Assembly (NCBI RefSeq): GCF_964355755.1
Contig: NC_092673.1
Span: 27,897,648 to 27,961,647, forward strand
Source: Antedon mediterranea
Lineage: Eukaryota; Animalia; Echinodermata
Reading direction: 5' to 3'
DNA length: 64,000 nucleotides
Part shown: in pieces, positions 19,930-32,640 of the stretch
Layout of the letters: the number at the start of each line of letters is the position of its first letter
How positions within the stretch are numbered: position 1 is the first letter of the stretch
Made by a program: the position numbers and the translations under genes
Notes under the pieces: model-generated
Databases searched by the model: none
What the model was told of the DNA's origin: nothing
The model's input: only the letters and a program-made list of their open reading frames with translations

Positions 19930-20356
19930 ATGTTAAACAACAACAACAACAATAGTAAATCGTCAACAGGCAGTTTAAAACACTCATTCTGTGGTGCCTA
20001 CCTCACACCGGTTACCGACACAACCACACTGGGCTGGCCTTTATGGTGGCCTTGAATGGGATGGGTTCTTCAGTACAACTTTTACTAACCCAGAACCTAT
20101 GAGAAAACAGGTATTATTATTATTATTATTTTTCAACATCACAATCAAACGTCTTCATATGTGATGGTTTTGTGTCTATATTTCTATAAAGGAAATACTT
20201 AAAATCTCAATATAATAAAACTGTTTTTAATTTTGAAGGGTCGTGTACTGCACCCAAAGCAGCACCGTGTGGTCAGTGTGAGAGAGTGTGCCAGATCACA
20301 AGGTTTTCCAGACACCTACAGATTCTATGGAACTATACTTGATAAAACACAGACAG
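19930..20356 (+). pseudogene. DNMT1 pseudo-exons (copies of exons 7271-7517 and 8106-8222)
   Basis: Clear nucleotide match. First copy has a ~60-bp deletion at a ggc microhomology and small insertions; second (20239-20356) is near-identical with a +1 frameshift (gataaaacac). AG/GT sites retained. Confidence 0.92.
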
Positions 20357-21570
20357 GTGTGTATATACTACAACTAGTTTAGTTTAATAAATTCTTACAA
20401 ATTGTAAGAAGTAATTGTTTATTATTGTGAATTTCATAATTGAGAAATGATATATATATCTTCTATATTTTCTGTCATTTACTATTGAAATAAGTATTTA
20501 TCACAATAAATCAATTTTAATTGAATTTAAGCTCATAAAATACAGATCCCCATTATAATAAAGTGCCTATGAAGTAAACAAGTGAAAACATTGATATACG
20601 TAGAAGAAAAGCTTTTGTTGTATAAGAACAGTTAGTGACTGTGTACTAGACGAACTCTTAGAAGGCAGTGCTGCAGTAGTTCTAGAAGGCTGCAGTAAAT
20701 TTAAACCACATTGAAGCAGCACAGTGCATGAGAATTTTGAAAAGCTCTTCTGTCAAATGAAAGTCGTATAGGCATTTCTTTTATATTTATTTGTTATATT
20801 TTTTTATAGGGGATGTTAGTGGATAATCGAATAATGTTTATTAGTTGAATGTAAAGAATATTTTCATGATTTGAAAGAATGACGATGTTCTATTGAACAA
20901 ATACAAATCATTCATTATTTGTAATATTCAACTGTAAAACTTTTATTTCATTAATCAGTTTAAGCAAGGTCAACATTTGGCGTTCGAGTTTGATTTAATT
21001 GTTTTAACAAACTGTACATGCAATAGTACCTTCAGTCGTTGAAAAGGGAGAAAATAATGCACCCCACGTGATACAAGATACACTTACTGTATGTGTGTTG
21101 CTATGTAAAATAATAAATAAATATGCCTATGCGAGATACGAGAAAAATGCAATTTCAAATAAAATTTTAAATGTCTAAACTATTAGTACAGGTTGGAGTC
21201 CGGGTAAAAATCTTGCTGGCAAAACTCAGATTTTGGAATTTGAACGGACTATAGTAATGATACCAATTATAAAGAAAAAAAATAATTTGTCAATTTGTAA
21301 ATGAATTGAAATCGTGCTGTAGTTTCAAGGTACACAGATCGCTGCGGGTACCCGACCCATGCAACTTGTTTTTAAAATATCTAGTGTAGAAAAAACACGA
21401 TTCAAAATTGTTGTTCCAATCTGATACGCACATAAATTTTACCTTTAGTTTTTCACAACAGTTACCGTGGCAGTAGGCCCTATTCATTTTCTCCATATTG
21501 TTTGCCGCGTACAGGCCGATGACGTCATGTGCATGAAAAAGAAAATATTTGGGCTTAACTCGTCATTTCT

Positions 21571-23240
21571 TCTATATATAAATTTACGTAATGGCAAAAT
21601 TCGGTAAATCGCGCCTTACTTCTAGAATTTTCACTCGATGGTATGTAAAGTTGGTTCGTACTTTCGGTACTGATTTTAACCGCCTGATGTAACCCTGTTT
21701 ACTAATTAAATTGAGTTAGATAATTAGTTATTGACGATTAAAACGAATTTAGGTTCAACGATTTGCCCCAAATAGGGGTGTTTTCCGATCGTGGTATACA
21801 CTGTCTAATGGATGTCCATCTTGAAAAATACCCGCCAAAAAAATGCGAGGAGGCTTCGCATTTTTCTATCTCCTCCTACGATAATTGTTTTTAATAGCTG
21901 AAAACCGGTTGAACAGCTAGAGTACACCATCATAATGTTGAAGACAGGCCGATTTTCTTTAAAACATACTATTTTGATAGATTTAATATACGATTATACA
22001 AATGTATTGATTTGCGATGAATGGAACATCCCAATCTCTCAGTCTGCCAGAGTTTGGTTTAACACAAGTACTGTAGGTAAATTTATGAGCCCTTGGTTTA
22101 ACACATACGGTAGGTAAATATATGGGCCCTTTGAGAATAAACTTGCAATAGGTTCGGAAAATGTTAAAAACCAATTTATATTATTTGAATCGGTAAACAG
22201 TTTCCATTTATTATACATTGATAATGAAACATGAAATATTCCTATTTATGTCCCTCGAGGTTCATTACAATTTATATTTAGTAGTCCCACGGACTTCATC
22301 TTAGCCACTCCCCCGAGTGCTAAGGCCAAATTTATGATACCCTACTTTCTATGTAAGTTTAGTTACAGTTAGTTCTTGACGATAATACAACGAATTTAGG
22401 TTACACCCTTCGGCCGCGAAAACGTTTCTGTACAAATATGATACCAATTGGCTTTATTTCATTCAACAGCGACCATAATCTCGCCAATTACAGGATAGAT
22501 AAACTATTTTATTATTGATGTGCTTATAAATTAAGACTCATGTAAACAGCTTGATTACATCATTTTACAGACAAACGTAACTTTTTTAAACCTACTGTTT
22601 CAATAACTGAGTATAATACTGTATACGTTTTCATAAGTAAGTGCATATACATTTTCGTGTTTTCATTGACGAGATTGTAATAGTAACTTCAGTAACTATT
22701 ACAGTACTTATTTATTATACGACACAAGACAATTGTATCTGACAGGTACGTACATTATTCTAAAAAATAAGTCTAGATAGATCCCTTAGGCGTCATAAAT
22801 CACAGGCCAACAAATCAGTACTCATGACAGAAATTCGACCCAGTTTGGTTCACACAAATGTTTACAGGAATTTCAACCACCACAACCGATGATTTGCCCT
22901 AAATATTTAGGTAGACTACAGTTTAATTTTTCACTGAATAGGAGCTTGAATTTCCGATTTCCATTTCGCAGAATGTCTAGGTCTATTTATTTAGTTTGGT
23001 TCTTATAATATTTAAATACAATCAACTTTATTACTGCGGTTCCATCACCACCACCACGTGCCGCCCAATTCCCCGGTACATACATTTCCATTTCTCCCTA
23101 ATTTCTTTAGTCCACATAAATTAATTGTCCTTTATGGAATCCAGTATTGGTTTTGTTGTCTCTATTCTATTCTACTGTATTCGAGAACCATCTGTGAGCA
23201 CCCCTAGATGGTACGCGAGCGAAGCGAGCGTGCCATCTAG
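21571..23240 (+). mobile_element. Non-autonomous Helitron, copy 3 (opposite orientation, different interior)
   Basis: Starts TCTATATATAAATTTACG, matches copies 1/2 to ~22150, ends ...gcgagcgaagcgagcgtgccatCTAG|T. Confidence 0.8.
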
Positions 23241-23998
23241 TTATTTTAAATTTTACTTTTTGAACTCCTTTCAGTTACTGTACAGTATAAGACGCCGTAG
23301 CCTATTATCAGGGAATACATTCGCTCTAATCTGGTACCGTATTATCATTGAAATGATAATGATAACAGGCTAGCTATTTCAATCATTATCATAATCCACT
23401 TGTTTGTTATCATTAAATATCGGGTAACGTATTTTGTATCGCAAGGATCACCTATTCGTCAACATGATCAATTAAAATCTAGTTTATCATAACTTCTATA
23501 AATGTATTTAATAAATCAAATGCTGTTTAAATATACCATTCGACCTTTAGTGCCAATGCTGATGTTTTTAATTAATTAACCTTCACAAGGTTCTAAAAAA
23601 ACGTTACTACTGAATACCGAAATGCCTTATTTATCCATTATCATCATAAAATAACTATGGCGGCCTACGCTTCCAAATCCCCCTGTATTTTTTCGTAGAC
23701 GAATTTCACAAACGGTTGCATATTTTGTTCTTAAATGTATAACAGTTGATTTTGAAAGATCAAGTAAAATAGATTAGCCTTGTTGAGATTATGAATAATT
23801 GAAGCGCGACGTCAGATTAACAAAGGGCTTCAAACGGGTTATCAACAGGTTCAACAAAATCTCTCTATTGTAATTTCTCTTATTTTCAATCAATTTGACA
23901 TAGCATCATCGATGCACAACCTGACTTGCCTTAAACAGTTGATCGGATGAAGTTCGTTTATTTTACTATGTGTGTACGAACATAATTTATTTTACATT

Positions 23999-24065
23999 AT
24001 GGGAATTAAATACATTTTAGGAAGATTTATTAAAATCCTTTTACTGTTTATGATACTACGAAAAG
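23999..24065 (+). CDS. Probable first coding (signal-peptide) exon of the EPSTT mucin-like gene
   Basis: ATG...MGIKYILGRFIKILLLFMILRK + G|GTAAGT (perfect phase-1 donor); joins the phase-1 acceptor at 37415 in frame to give ...LRKVEPQTTTMPSTTEP. Confidence 0.65.
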
Positions 24066-24514
24066 GTAAGTTTTGAAAAAAGTTATATTGTTTTATTCTT
24101 CAAGTCGGGTATGCGGTACAACATGTAATTCCTAAAATGGAAATAGCTGGCAAAGGAGTTTCACTACGTGTATACTTGTCCGGTTGTTGTCCGTATGAGG
24201 CATAACATTTTCACAACGTTCACACTGGTCCAACGGCAGGATAAACAAAAAGTGAAAAAGAGATGAAAGTGTTTAGGAATAATATCCGTTCACACTGACT
24301 GTATCCGGATTCTGTATGAAATACGTAACGTAGCCCGGATAACTGTAATCCTGCGTCGATGTGATCGTTGCTTTAAGTTGACAATACTCTGTTACGCAAG
24401 AAAGTTGTTGATAGTGAGCTACAGCCAACGTCGAGATATTCTAAACTCTACTTTTAGTTTTTCCTTTCTATGAATTACATGATGTACCCGCATACTTGTA
24501 TTTACAGTCTATGT

Positions 24515-24908
24515 TTAAAGATATATTGTCCCCCCACGGGAACTAATTATTGTCCCCTAAACAATTTTTGTTGTTAATAATAATAATAATAAATAACATT
24601 TATAAAGCGCAAGAGACAAAGGTTTCAAAGCGCTGTGTTTTCCAAGATCTGTGCAAGTAGTAGCGTGCGATTATACTTCTCTGAAGAGATGAGTTTTGAG
24701 TTTAGTTTTAAATGTGATAACAGATTTTGATGAGCGTATTTCCATTTTAATGTCACATATTAGTTATTCACTTTGACCAAAAACTGGATCAAAAACAACC
24801 TAGAAAAAAAAATGAAACAGAAGTGAATAACTTTTTTAAAACTGCAAAATGGCCTATTTAAAGTCTAATTTTATTAATTTTCATGTTTTGGGACCAGTAC
24901 ATCTTTAA
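24515..24908. mobile_element. TTAA MITE interrupted by a LINE 3' tail (~24575-24745, minus)
   Basis: ttaa-agatatattgtccc ... ggaccagtacatct-ttaa; insert reads EIRSSKSVITFKTKLKTHLFRE on minus with an (aat)n tail. Confidence 0.65.
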
Positions 24909-27570
24909 CCAAGATTGCCTTGGTATAATTGTGAATTATCTGAATACGTTTAATATTAATTAGGCACGGGCGTGTTAAAAACTAATTCGCGAGAATTACA
25001 GTACTGTATACGAACGCACAAAAGTGACTTGTAATCAGTACTATCACAAATGTTTTTTCTTCTTTCAATGGTTTTAAAATAGTTCGTAAAAATGAAACAA
25101 TTTGCCTTTGTGTCAAAATACATGACTCACCACATATATCCACAAATTTTATAAATCGATAAATAAGTTTAATTTCTATATCATGTATAGTACTGTATTG
25201 CGCAAGATATATTATTTCCGTACTTTCGACAAATTTCTAGCATTCTTTTCCTGAACCAAATTGATATTACGGTAAATTTAAACGTAAATACTTCATTATA
25301 ATTGCCATCCATTTTAAAGATTTCATTAAGGTATGGAAAGGTTCTAGGGAATATTATTTCTTCCAAAAATATCTAAAAATAAATAAATTTTACTTTGTAT
25401 AAGTTTAGGCCCTATTCCTATCTTAAGACTTTTTGACAAATTACTTTTTCGTAAACAAAGTGGATATTACTGTAAATATCATCCATTTTTGTAGCTTTCA
25501 TCCAGGATCATCATTTTCTCCAAAAATATCTAAATTTAAATAATTTTTATTTTATATAAGCCTACGTTAATTCATCCATATATACAGTACTGCACACATT
25601 AGACAAGGGCCTACTAGCAAAAATGAATTTTTATTATTGGTACTTCACTGGTTGGACCCGATTCTACCGATACCACAACTAGCCTTACCATTTGACAACG
25701 AATTCGACTACAAAGTAGTTTTTGCACCAGACAAGCAAACTATTTTTTTTTCAATCTGCGTAATTGTGTCGAACAACAATATTTAGAAAACTTCCGAATT
25801 GATAGACTAGCTATTACTGTGAATTCCCAAATTGATGTTTGTAAATTTTGCCAATTTACACGTACGACGAGAAGCGGAAAACCGCGTAGCTTGTCCAATG
25901 TAGAATCTGTACGTATCTCTATCCTGTGCGGGAAACTCCACTCCGCGTTTTTGTGTGTAACTGGTCATAAGGAATAATAAGCTTCTATATTTTTATTACC
26001 TTTACCGCTCGCCTGTGTAAACCGTTTCTGCCGGCATAAACAAAAGGTTTACAGTATTGTCATTTTTTTCAGTAATTTGCCATTGGATTTATATTTTTCA
26101 CTGAGTTATAGAAATCGTCAGTAATTACTTTGAGCAAAACATCTTTGAGCAACGTAATGTTTTCGAATCATTTTGATTTAGAAACGCAGTCCCAGAGCCT
26201 ATTCATTTTAAAATAAAAAAAGTAGCCTAAAGTCCTATCTTTGTAATTTAAAATCTAGACTAGCCTCATCCTCCCCAAACCCATATACTGCATTATCATC
26301 GGGGGTGGTCTTCTCCTATTTTCTCTCAGTAGCAGATATTTTTTATTAATATTATAATCATAACAATAATTAGATATGTATAAAGTAATGGATTAACCAA
26401 TTTATCATGACAGTCTTAATCGATAGGCCTATACAAGATTATTACATCCAACTGTCATAATAATTATCTATCTATAATATGTGGAACCTTATTTGAATAT
26501 AGGTCACATATCTACACTAATAATTATAATCAAACATCGTATGTAAGTCGTAATCTCGGGACCATTCTATAGTCACCTGCACCAGGGTACAGGCTTGCTT
26601 CATCAACGCTTCTATGAATGGATGACTAGTTGGGAGCAGGAACGCTGCTAGACAAAACCCAGTACCGTTTTGATTGCGATCATGCGGGAAATTACCTCAC
26701 GAATGCTCAACCCTCACAGATATTTTGTCCCCGTGAATTGTATTTCAGGTTATTTATTGTCAAAAAGACGAACAAATAGCCGCAACAACATAACATAAGT
26801 TGAAAATCGTAATAAAATATAGGAATATATGTATAAAATGTCACTCAAAAGTTATTTGAATTAATTGGATCTAAACAATTATTTGCCTGAAAAAATAATG
26901 CAAAATATTTTTTTAAAAAAGGTAAAATGTTTGTGTCAGACAATTGGGGTTTGGTTAGATAAGTGAATTTGTTTGTTCGGTTTTGTTATACAGAAGCGAA
27001 TAACTGCAAAATTACCTATTCTAAGATTTTATTAATCTTCAATGTTTTTGGGGACAATAATCTTTAAATGGTCTCTTTGGATCCGCCATGCTCTCCCTTT
27101 TTTCTCGTTCACAAATTAATATACCGTATTTATTTCCTTAATGATGTATTTTCCTCCAAAAACCTGAAAAATAAATCATAACAATTAAAATCAGACTTTA
27201 AATAGCCCATTTTGCAGTTTTAATCAATATATTGTTTGAAGGTTTGCATGGCGAAATCAAATGTTGATATAAAGTTTGCGGTACACCACGTGTATTAGTT
27301 CTGAAAAGAACTGTTGAGTTTCTCTTTTAATAAAGTTATTTACTACTGTAGAAAAAGTAATAAAAAATAAAATAATAATAAAAACTAGCAATAAACCGTG
27401 TTCCCGTATTTTCTGCCTTAATATGTGGCCTATACTTTGCATGTATAATAAAAGCGCACTCTGATAAAAGTAATTTGACAAATTATCAAAACAAATTGTA
27501 TTAAGAATAAAAAGGAATAATTTTTTAATATATTTTTTATATTAAATTATTCTTTATATTTCTTTATTTT

Positions 27571-27895
27571 TTTTATAGGCCTATAAATAATATACCACTA
27601 AATAGAGTAAAACATTCCGATTTAATACTTAAAACTCTCACTGTTATATTGAAATAGTAATAATAATAATAACTTTATTGTTTCTTTTTTATAACAAAGG
27701 CACAATTCTCAAAGAGATGTGCAACAAAATAAAATGAATGTGGACTCAATTATAGTTATTAAGTAGGGTTAGCCTACATCAGGTGGTTAAAATCAGTATC
27801 GAATATACGAACCAACTTTATATACCATCGAGTAAACATTCTAGAAATAACGCGCGATTTACCGAATTTTGCCCTTACGTAAATTTATATATAGA
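27571..27895 (-). mobile_element. Helitron copy 4, truncated and internally deleted
   Basis: Retains the A|TCTATATATAAATTTACGTAAGGGC 5' end and internal segments of copies 1/2. Confidence 0.7.
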
Positions 27896-30800
27896 TGATG
27901 CGCGTAAACACTAACGAAAGTATAAAATACCAAACTATATTATTTTGGGTGTTTTTCGTAGTGTATTCATTATTTGATACATATAGATACAATAAAAAAG
28001 TGGATATAAATCGAATGAAAAGCACATAAAACAATAAAAACAATTCGTGTTTCCGCAGCAATCAAACAATTTGCACTATTTACACATATCATTAAATTAC
28101 ATTTTTTCAGAAAAATATTTTTTTTTTCGATCCAGTTTGTGGTTGAAGTAAATAACCAGTATGTGACATTAAAATGGCATATTAAAAAAAAATTTTTTTT
28201 AGGGGGACAATAATTAGTTCCCCTTTCCGTTTGATGATAATCATAAGTTCACTTGATTTCACAGAGACGGGGGAAAACACAATCATCGGAAGGGCATTTT
28301 CTTAGGTTGCGTAGGTTACGTTGCGTCGCTTGTGTGGGGAACCCCCTTTTGACGACGCTCTCGCCCGCCTATTTTTTTCAGGTTGATGGGTTGGGCTCAG
28401 CTCTCGACTGATGGTGCATCGATATATGAATCTCTTGGTGCAAATTTTGCAACCAAACAGTGATTTTTAATATGTACCTATTGAGCTGTTTATCTACTTA
28501 TAAGTTCATACCAAGTTCATGCAACCCAAGTCTTGTCATCGTCCATTATATTGGGGGGTCAACCATATGAATACAACTAATTTCCACAATGATTGATTAT
28601 ATTTTTTAACCAAAGAAATTAAAATGACATAAACTAGTATAGTATGAACATTTCCAGACTTTGTAATAATTACCATCTATTCATTAAACAAACCAAGTCA
28701 CAGAAAGATAAACATAACCATTACCCGAATGAAAATGGTAGATCCCAGCTCGCTATCATTAAAACATAGGTGTCTTAATTTGGCAATTGTGAATATAAAA
28801 CACGAAATATAGAACTAAATAACACCTAACAATTGTTCCTTATATATCAAACATTAGAATGATATAAAAATTAAAATGCTACTTACAATTATATAATGAA
28901 AAAATTAACCCCAAACTTAGCTACAATCCAACGGTCTGTCAAGTGAAGGCTTCATAACACAGGCAAACCCTATTTGAATTTTGCCGCCTTTTTGAGCATT
29001 TTTTAGATTTTTTCAAAATAGATTTTGCTATTTTGACACAGTCTATTTTAAGCCAATGCTCATAAGAAAAGTATGTAAGGAATCTATGAATATTCAGCTT
29101 TCTTTTAAGAAACTATCCAAAATGATTGATGGCCTACAAGTGATCTTAAATTGCAAATAAAACACTGTGGTGCTTTAGAAAATAGGTAAAAAATTGACCT
29201 CACACTGTCAGCGGGCAATGGATGGTGAGTTTTAAAACGTAAAATGACACATACTTTTTGTAACTTTACAATTTCAAACATATATCATAATGTTCAGTAT
29301 TGTCTACAGTTTATTTTGAGCTACTATCCAAAAAAATCCGATTTATAATAGCCGAGATATTTAGGTGGGAACATGAAAATCAAGTGTTTTGTAGAATATC
29401 ACGATGCGAAATCAGTGGTATCCATGTCCCAGTGGAGTGTGTTGGGGCAATTTAGCTATTTCGTTGCTCAAGAGATTCATATTATACCGGGCGCCCGGAA
29501 GATTTATTCATGTGAAAAGATACAAAAGGTTTGATGATGTAGTTAGGTGCGTATTAGGGTGAGATGCAATATTCGACATTGCTGCCGGGTCACAGCCTGT
29601 ACATAGGGCCTGTGGGGATCATAACATAGGGGGGTAAAAATGCATTTATTCATGTGAAGCGATACAAGGATAAACTTTTTTGGATATCATTCGCAGTGGG
29701 CTACTAATGATAACATCACCAATGACAGCAACTTTATCCTGTACGGGGCGCCAAACAGCAACATTTTAGGGCCACGCCCAAATGGGTTTATTCATGTGAA
29801 GCGATACAAGGTTGAATCTTTTTGTAATGGCAGCAGTACATATTGGGGATGACAAAAACACCAATGACAGCAACTTTATCCTGTACATAAGCTCAGACAG
29901 CAGCCCTAAAGGTCCGCAGTTTCCCCCTATTCGGCTATATACTCGGCGCGTATGTCGTCTTATGGCGGCGTTCAGCTGAGTTAGAAATACGTGATACGGA
30001 CTCGGACTGACCCAGGAACTCGCCCAAAATGGGTTTATCCATGAAGTATGAATCATTTTTTTTTTTAAATGTTGTTTTTTTCACGTTATCCGGTACACAG
30101 CAGCTCAAATGCCCGAGGCTCCATTGGTGATCAACAAGGTCGATAATACAAACACATTCACGATAACGAGTGACTTTTATTTTATAATTGAAATATATCT
30201 TTATTTTTGAATAATAAATAACACCAACAAAAACACTTAAAATAACCAACAGCAGATTTGTATTTTAGGGTAACATTTTGAACAATCAATTTTATATCAA
30301 AATCATTATTTCGATCAAAATAATATAATTTAAGAATATTTTTCAGATAAACTAAATAATTACACTCATAATGATCGACACCGGTACCTATTATTGACCA
30401 TTATTATTATAACTCGATTTAAATATTGTTTTAATTACACACTAGACACTATAGTGATATGTCTATATGAAAGAAGGCAGCGAAATTTAGATTTGCAACA
30501 TTTTTTAACATAACATAACATAATAGTAAAGTAAATAATAGTTCGAATTCAACATAATCACTTAGAGAATTGGTAAGGTATAGATTAGACTATCGATTGC
30601 ACACTATTACTGTATTTTTAACTCAATTTAAATTTAAAAAAGTAACCGTTTTCATGTGAATTAGACTGATAAAAACCAACAAAAAACTTAATCTGCCAAC
30701 ATTTTAAACATCGTTACTTGTCCATAATGGATCGACTACTGTATCGTTACTTATCCACAATGGATCAACTACTGTATTGATTATTGGACAGTATTTTACA

Positions 30801-31004
30801 AAGTTACAAAGAAATCCAATAGCCCCTATTGGTTTTATTATATCGTGTATTCTGTTTAGCTAGTAACAATGGAATATGATGAATGTACAATATTCAGTTA
30901 TTTAATGCATACAGCCAGTAACCTCGATGTCTTTGCTCAATTGTGCTTTTACAGTGTGTTGGTAGTTACATACACTGCATGTAAAATATTCGACCTGGGT
31001 TCAG

Positions 31005-32640
31005 TGCAATAATCAATACAGTAGTCGATCCATTGTGGATAAGTAATGATATTTAATTTTGTCCAGTATTATTAATGTTGCCTTTTATCAGATATCACTG
31101 TATAATGTTAGTACAGTAACAATTTTAAGTTTGACTTAGGCAGTTATAGTAAAATAATGTGCAATAATCGATACAGTAGTCGATCCATTATGGATAAGTA
31201 ACGATATTTAATTTGGTCCTGAGTAGGCATTTTATCAGATATCACTGTATAATGTTAGTACAGTAACAATTTTAATTTTGACTTGGGCAGTTATAGTAAA
31301 ATAATGTGCAATAATCGATACAGTAGTCGATCCATTATGGATAAGTAACGATATTTAATTTGGTCCTGAGTATGTTGCATTTTATCAGATATCACTGTCT
31401 AATGTTAGTACAGTAACAATTTTATATTTGATTAGGTCAGTTATAGTAAAATAATGTGCAGTAATCAATACAGTAGTCGATCCATTATGGATAAGTAACG
31501 ATATTTAATTCGATTCAGTTTGTTGCGTTTTATCAGATATCACTTTCTTATGTTAGTTAGTAAATAATGTCAAAGAATATATATCACAAGAATGAGTATT
31601 CCGCGATTTTTGCATGAGAAATTTGTAACAGAGAGCTCCAGTGAGTGATGCCCGCCCTCATAAGGGCGGATGTATACATACTAAATAAGACTTGATTTAA
31701 TAGATATTATACATGTCACATTAAATAGAATTATGATAATAGTTTTTGCAATTGTAAACTATTTTATAATACATATTTATTAACAAACTAGTGTACATTC
31801 ACTTTTACAGACAATTATTTACTAACATGCTAAGTTAGTTCACAAAAAAGGCCTAATTAACACAGCAACACCAAAAATCAATGAATCGTTACTCAGCACG
31901 GCCTATTCTTTACCATTGCCGTGTACTACTCTACGCCCGGTAAATTAAGTATTGTTTTTATGATATAAATTAGTATAAAATACATGTTATTAATAGGAAA
32001 AAATGTTAAATGTTATTAACATTTATTTGTTTTACCAGAAACAAGTTAAATATAGGAATATTATTAAACAATCCTTCGTGAAAACGCGTAAACACCAACA
32101 CGCCCGGTCACGCTATCGTAGCGCCCGGTTGATAAAGCAAACTGTTTATACAGCAGTTTTTACTAAATAAATTGCATAAAACGAACAATTAAATATCCAA
32201 ATAGTATTTAACATGATGTTGGCATGTAGTTGATAACATTTTTTATCATGATAAATACTACCGGTGGTCTAGCCTTTGATTATTGAAACCGTCACAAAAA
32301 GTTGTATACATCCCAGATACATCCACACTTATGGCGGCGCCCTACCACATGGACAATATTACTGTTACAGGGAAAATCGCGGAATACTCATTCTTGTGAT
32401 ATATATTCTTTGATAATGTGCAATAATCAATACAGTAGTCGATCCATTGTGGATAAGTAACGATATTTAATTTGGTTCAGTATTATTAATATTAATCAAT
32501 GTTGCCTTTTATCAGATATCACTGTCTAATGTTAGTACAGTAACAATTAAAAATTTGACTTTGTTTCAGTTAAAGTAAAACAATGTGCAGTAATCGATAC
32601 AGTAGTCGATCCATTATGGACAAGTAACGATGTTTAAAAT
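31005..32640. repeat. ~150-bp tandem repeat array (about 5 units) split by a MITE
   Basis: Unit core tgcaataatc.atacagtagtcgatccatt.tggataagtaacgatatttaa recurs near 31005, 31158, 31306, 31456, 32418, 32586. Confidence 0.85.
31571..32412. mobile_element. 842-bp MITE with perfect 40-bp TIRs and 7-bp TSD (P-superfamily-like)
   Basis: ataatgt[caaagaatatatatcacaagaatgagtattccgcgatttt ... reverse complement]ataatgt; empty site visible in neighbouring satellite units. Confidence 0.9.

Noticed and set aside
19537-21570. Helitron capture as the origin of the DNMT1 pseudo-exons
   Set aside because: The exons lie outside both elements, between their 5' ends, and further DNMT1-like relics lie upstream of the Helitrons; tandem duplication fits better.
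31005-32640. CRISPR-like regularly spaced repeats
   Set aside because: The whole 150-bp unit is repeated with no unique spacers; eukaryotic context and no cas genes.
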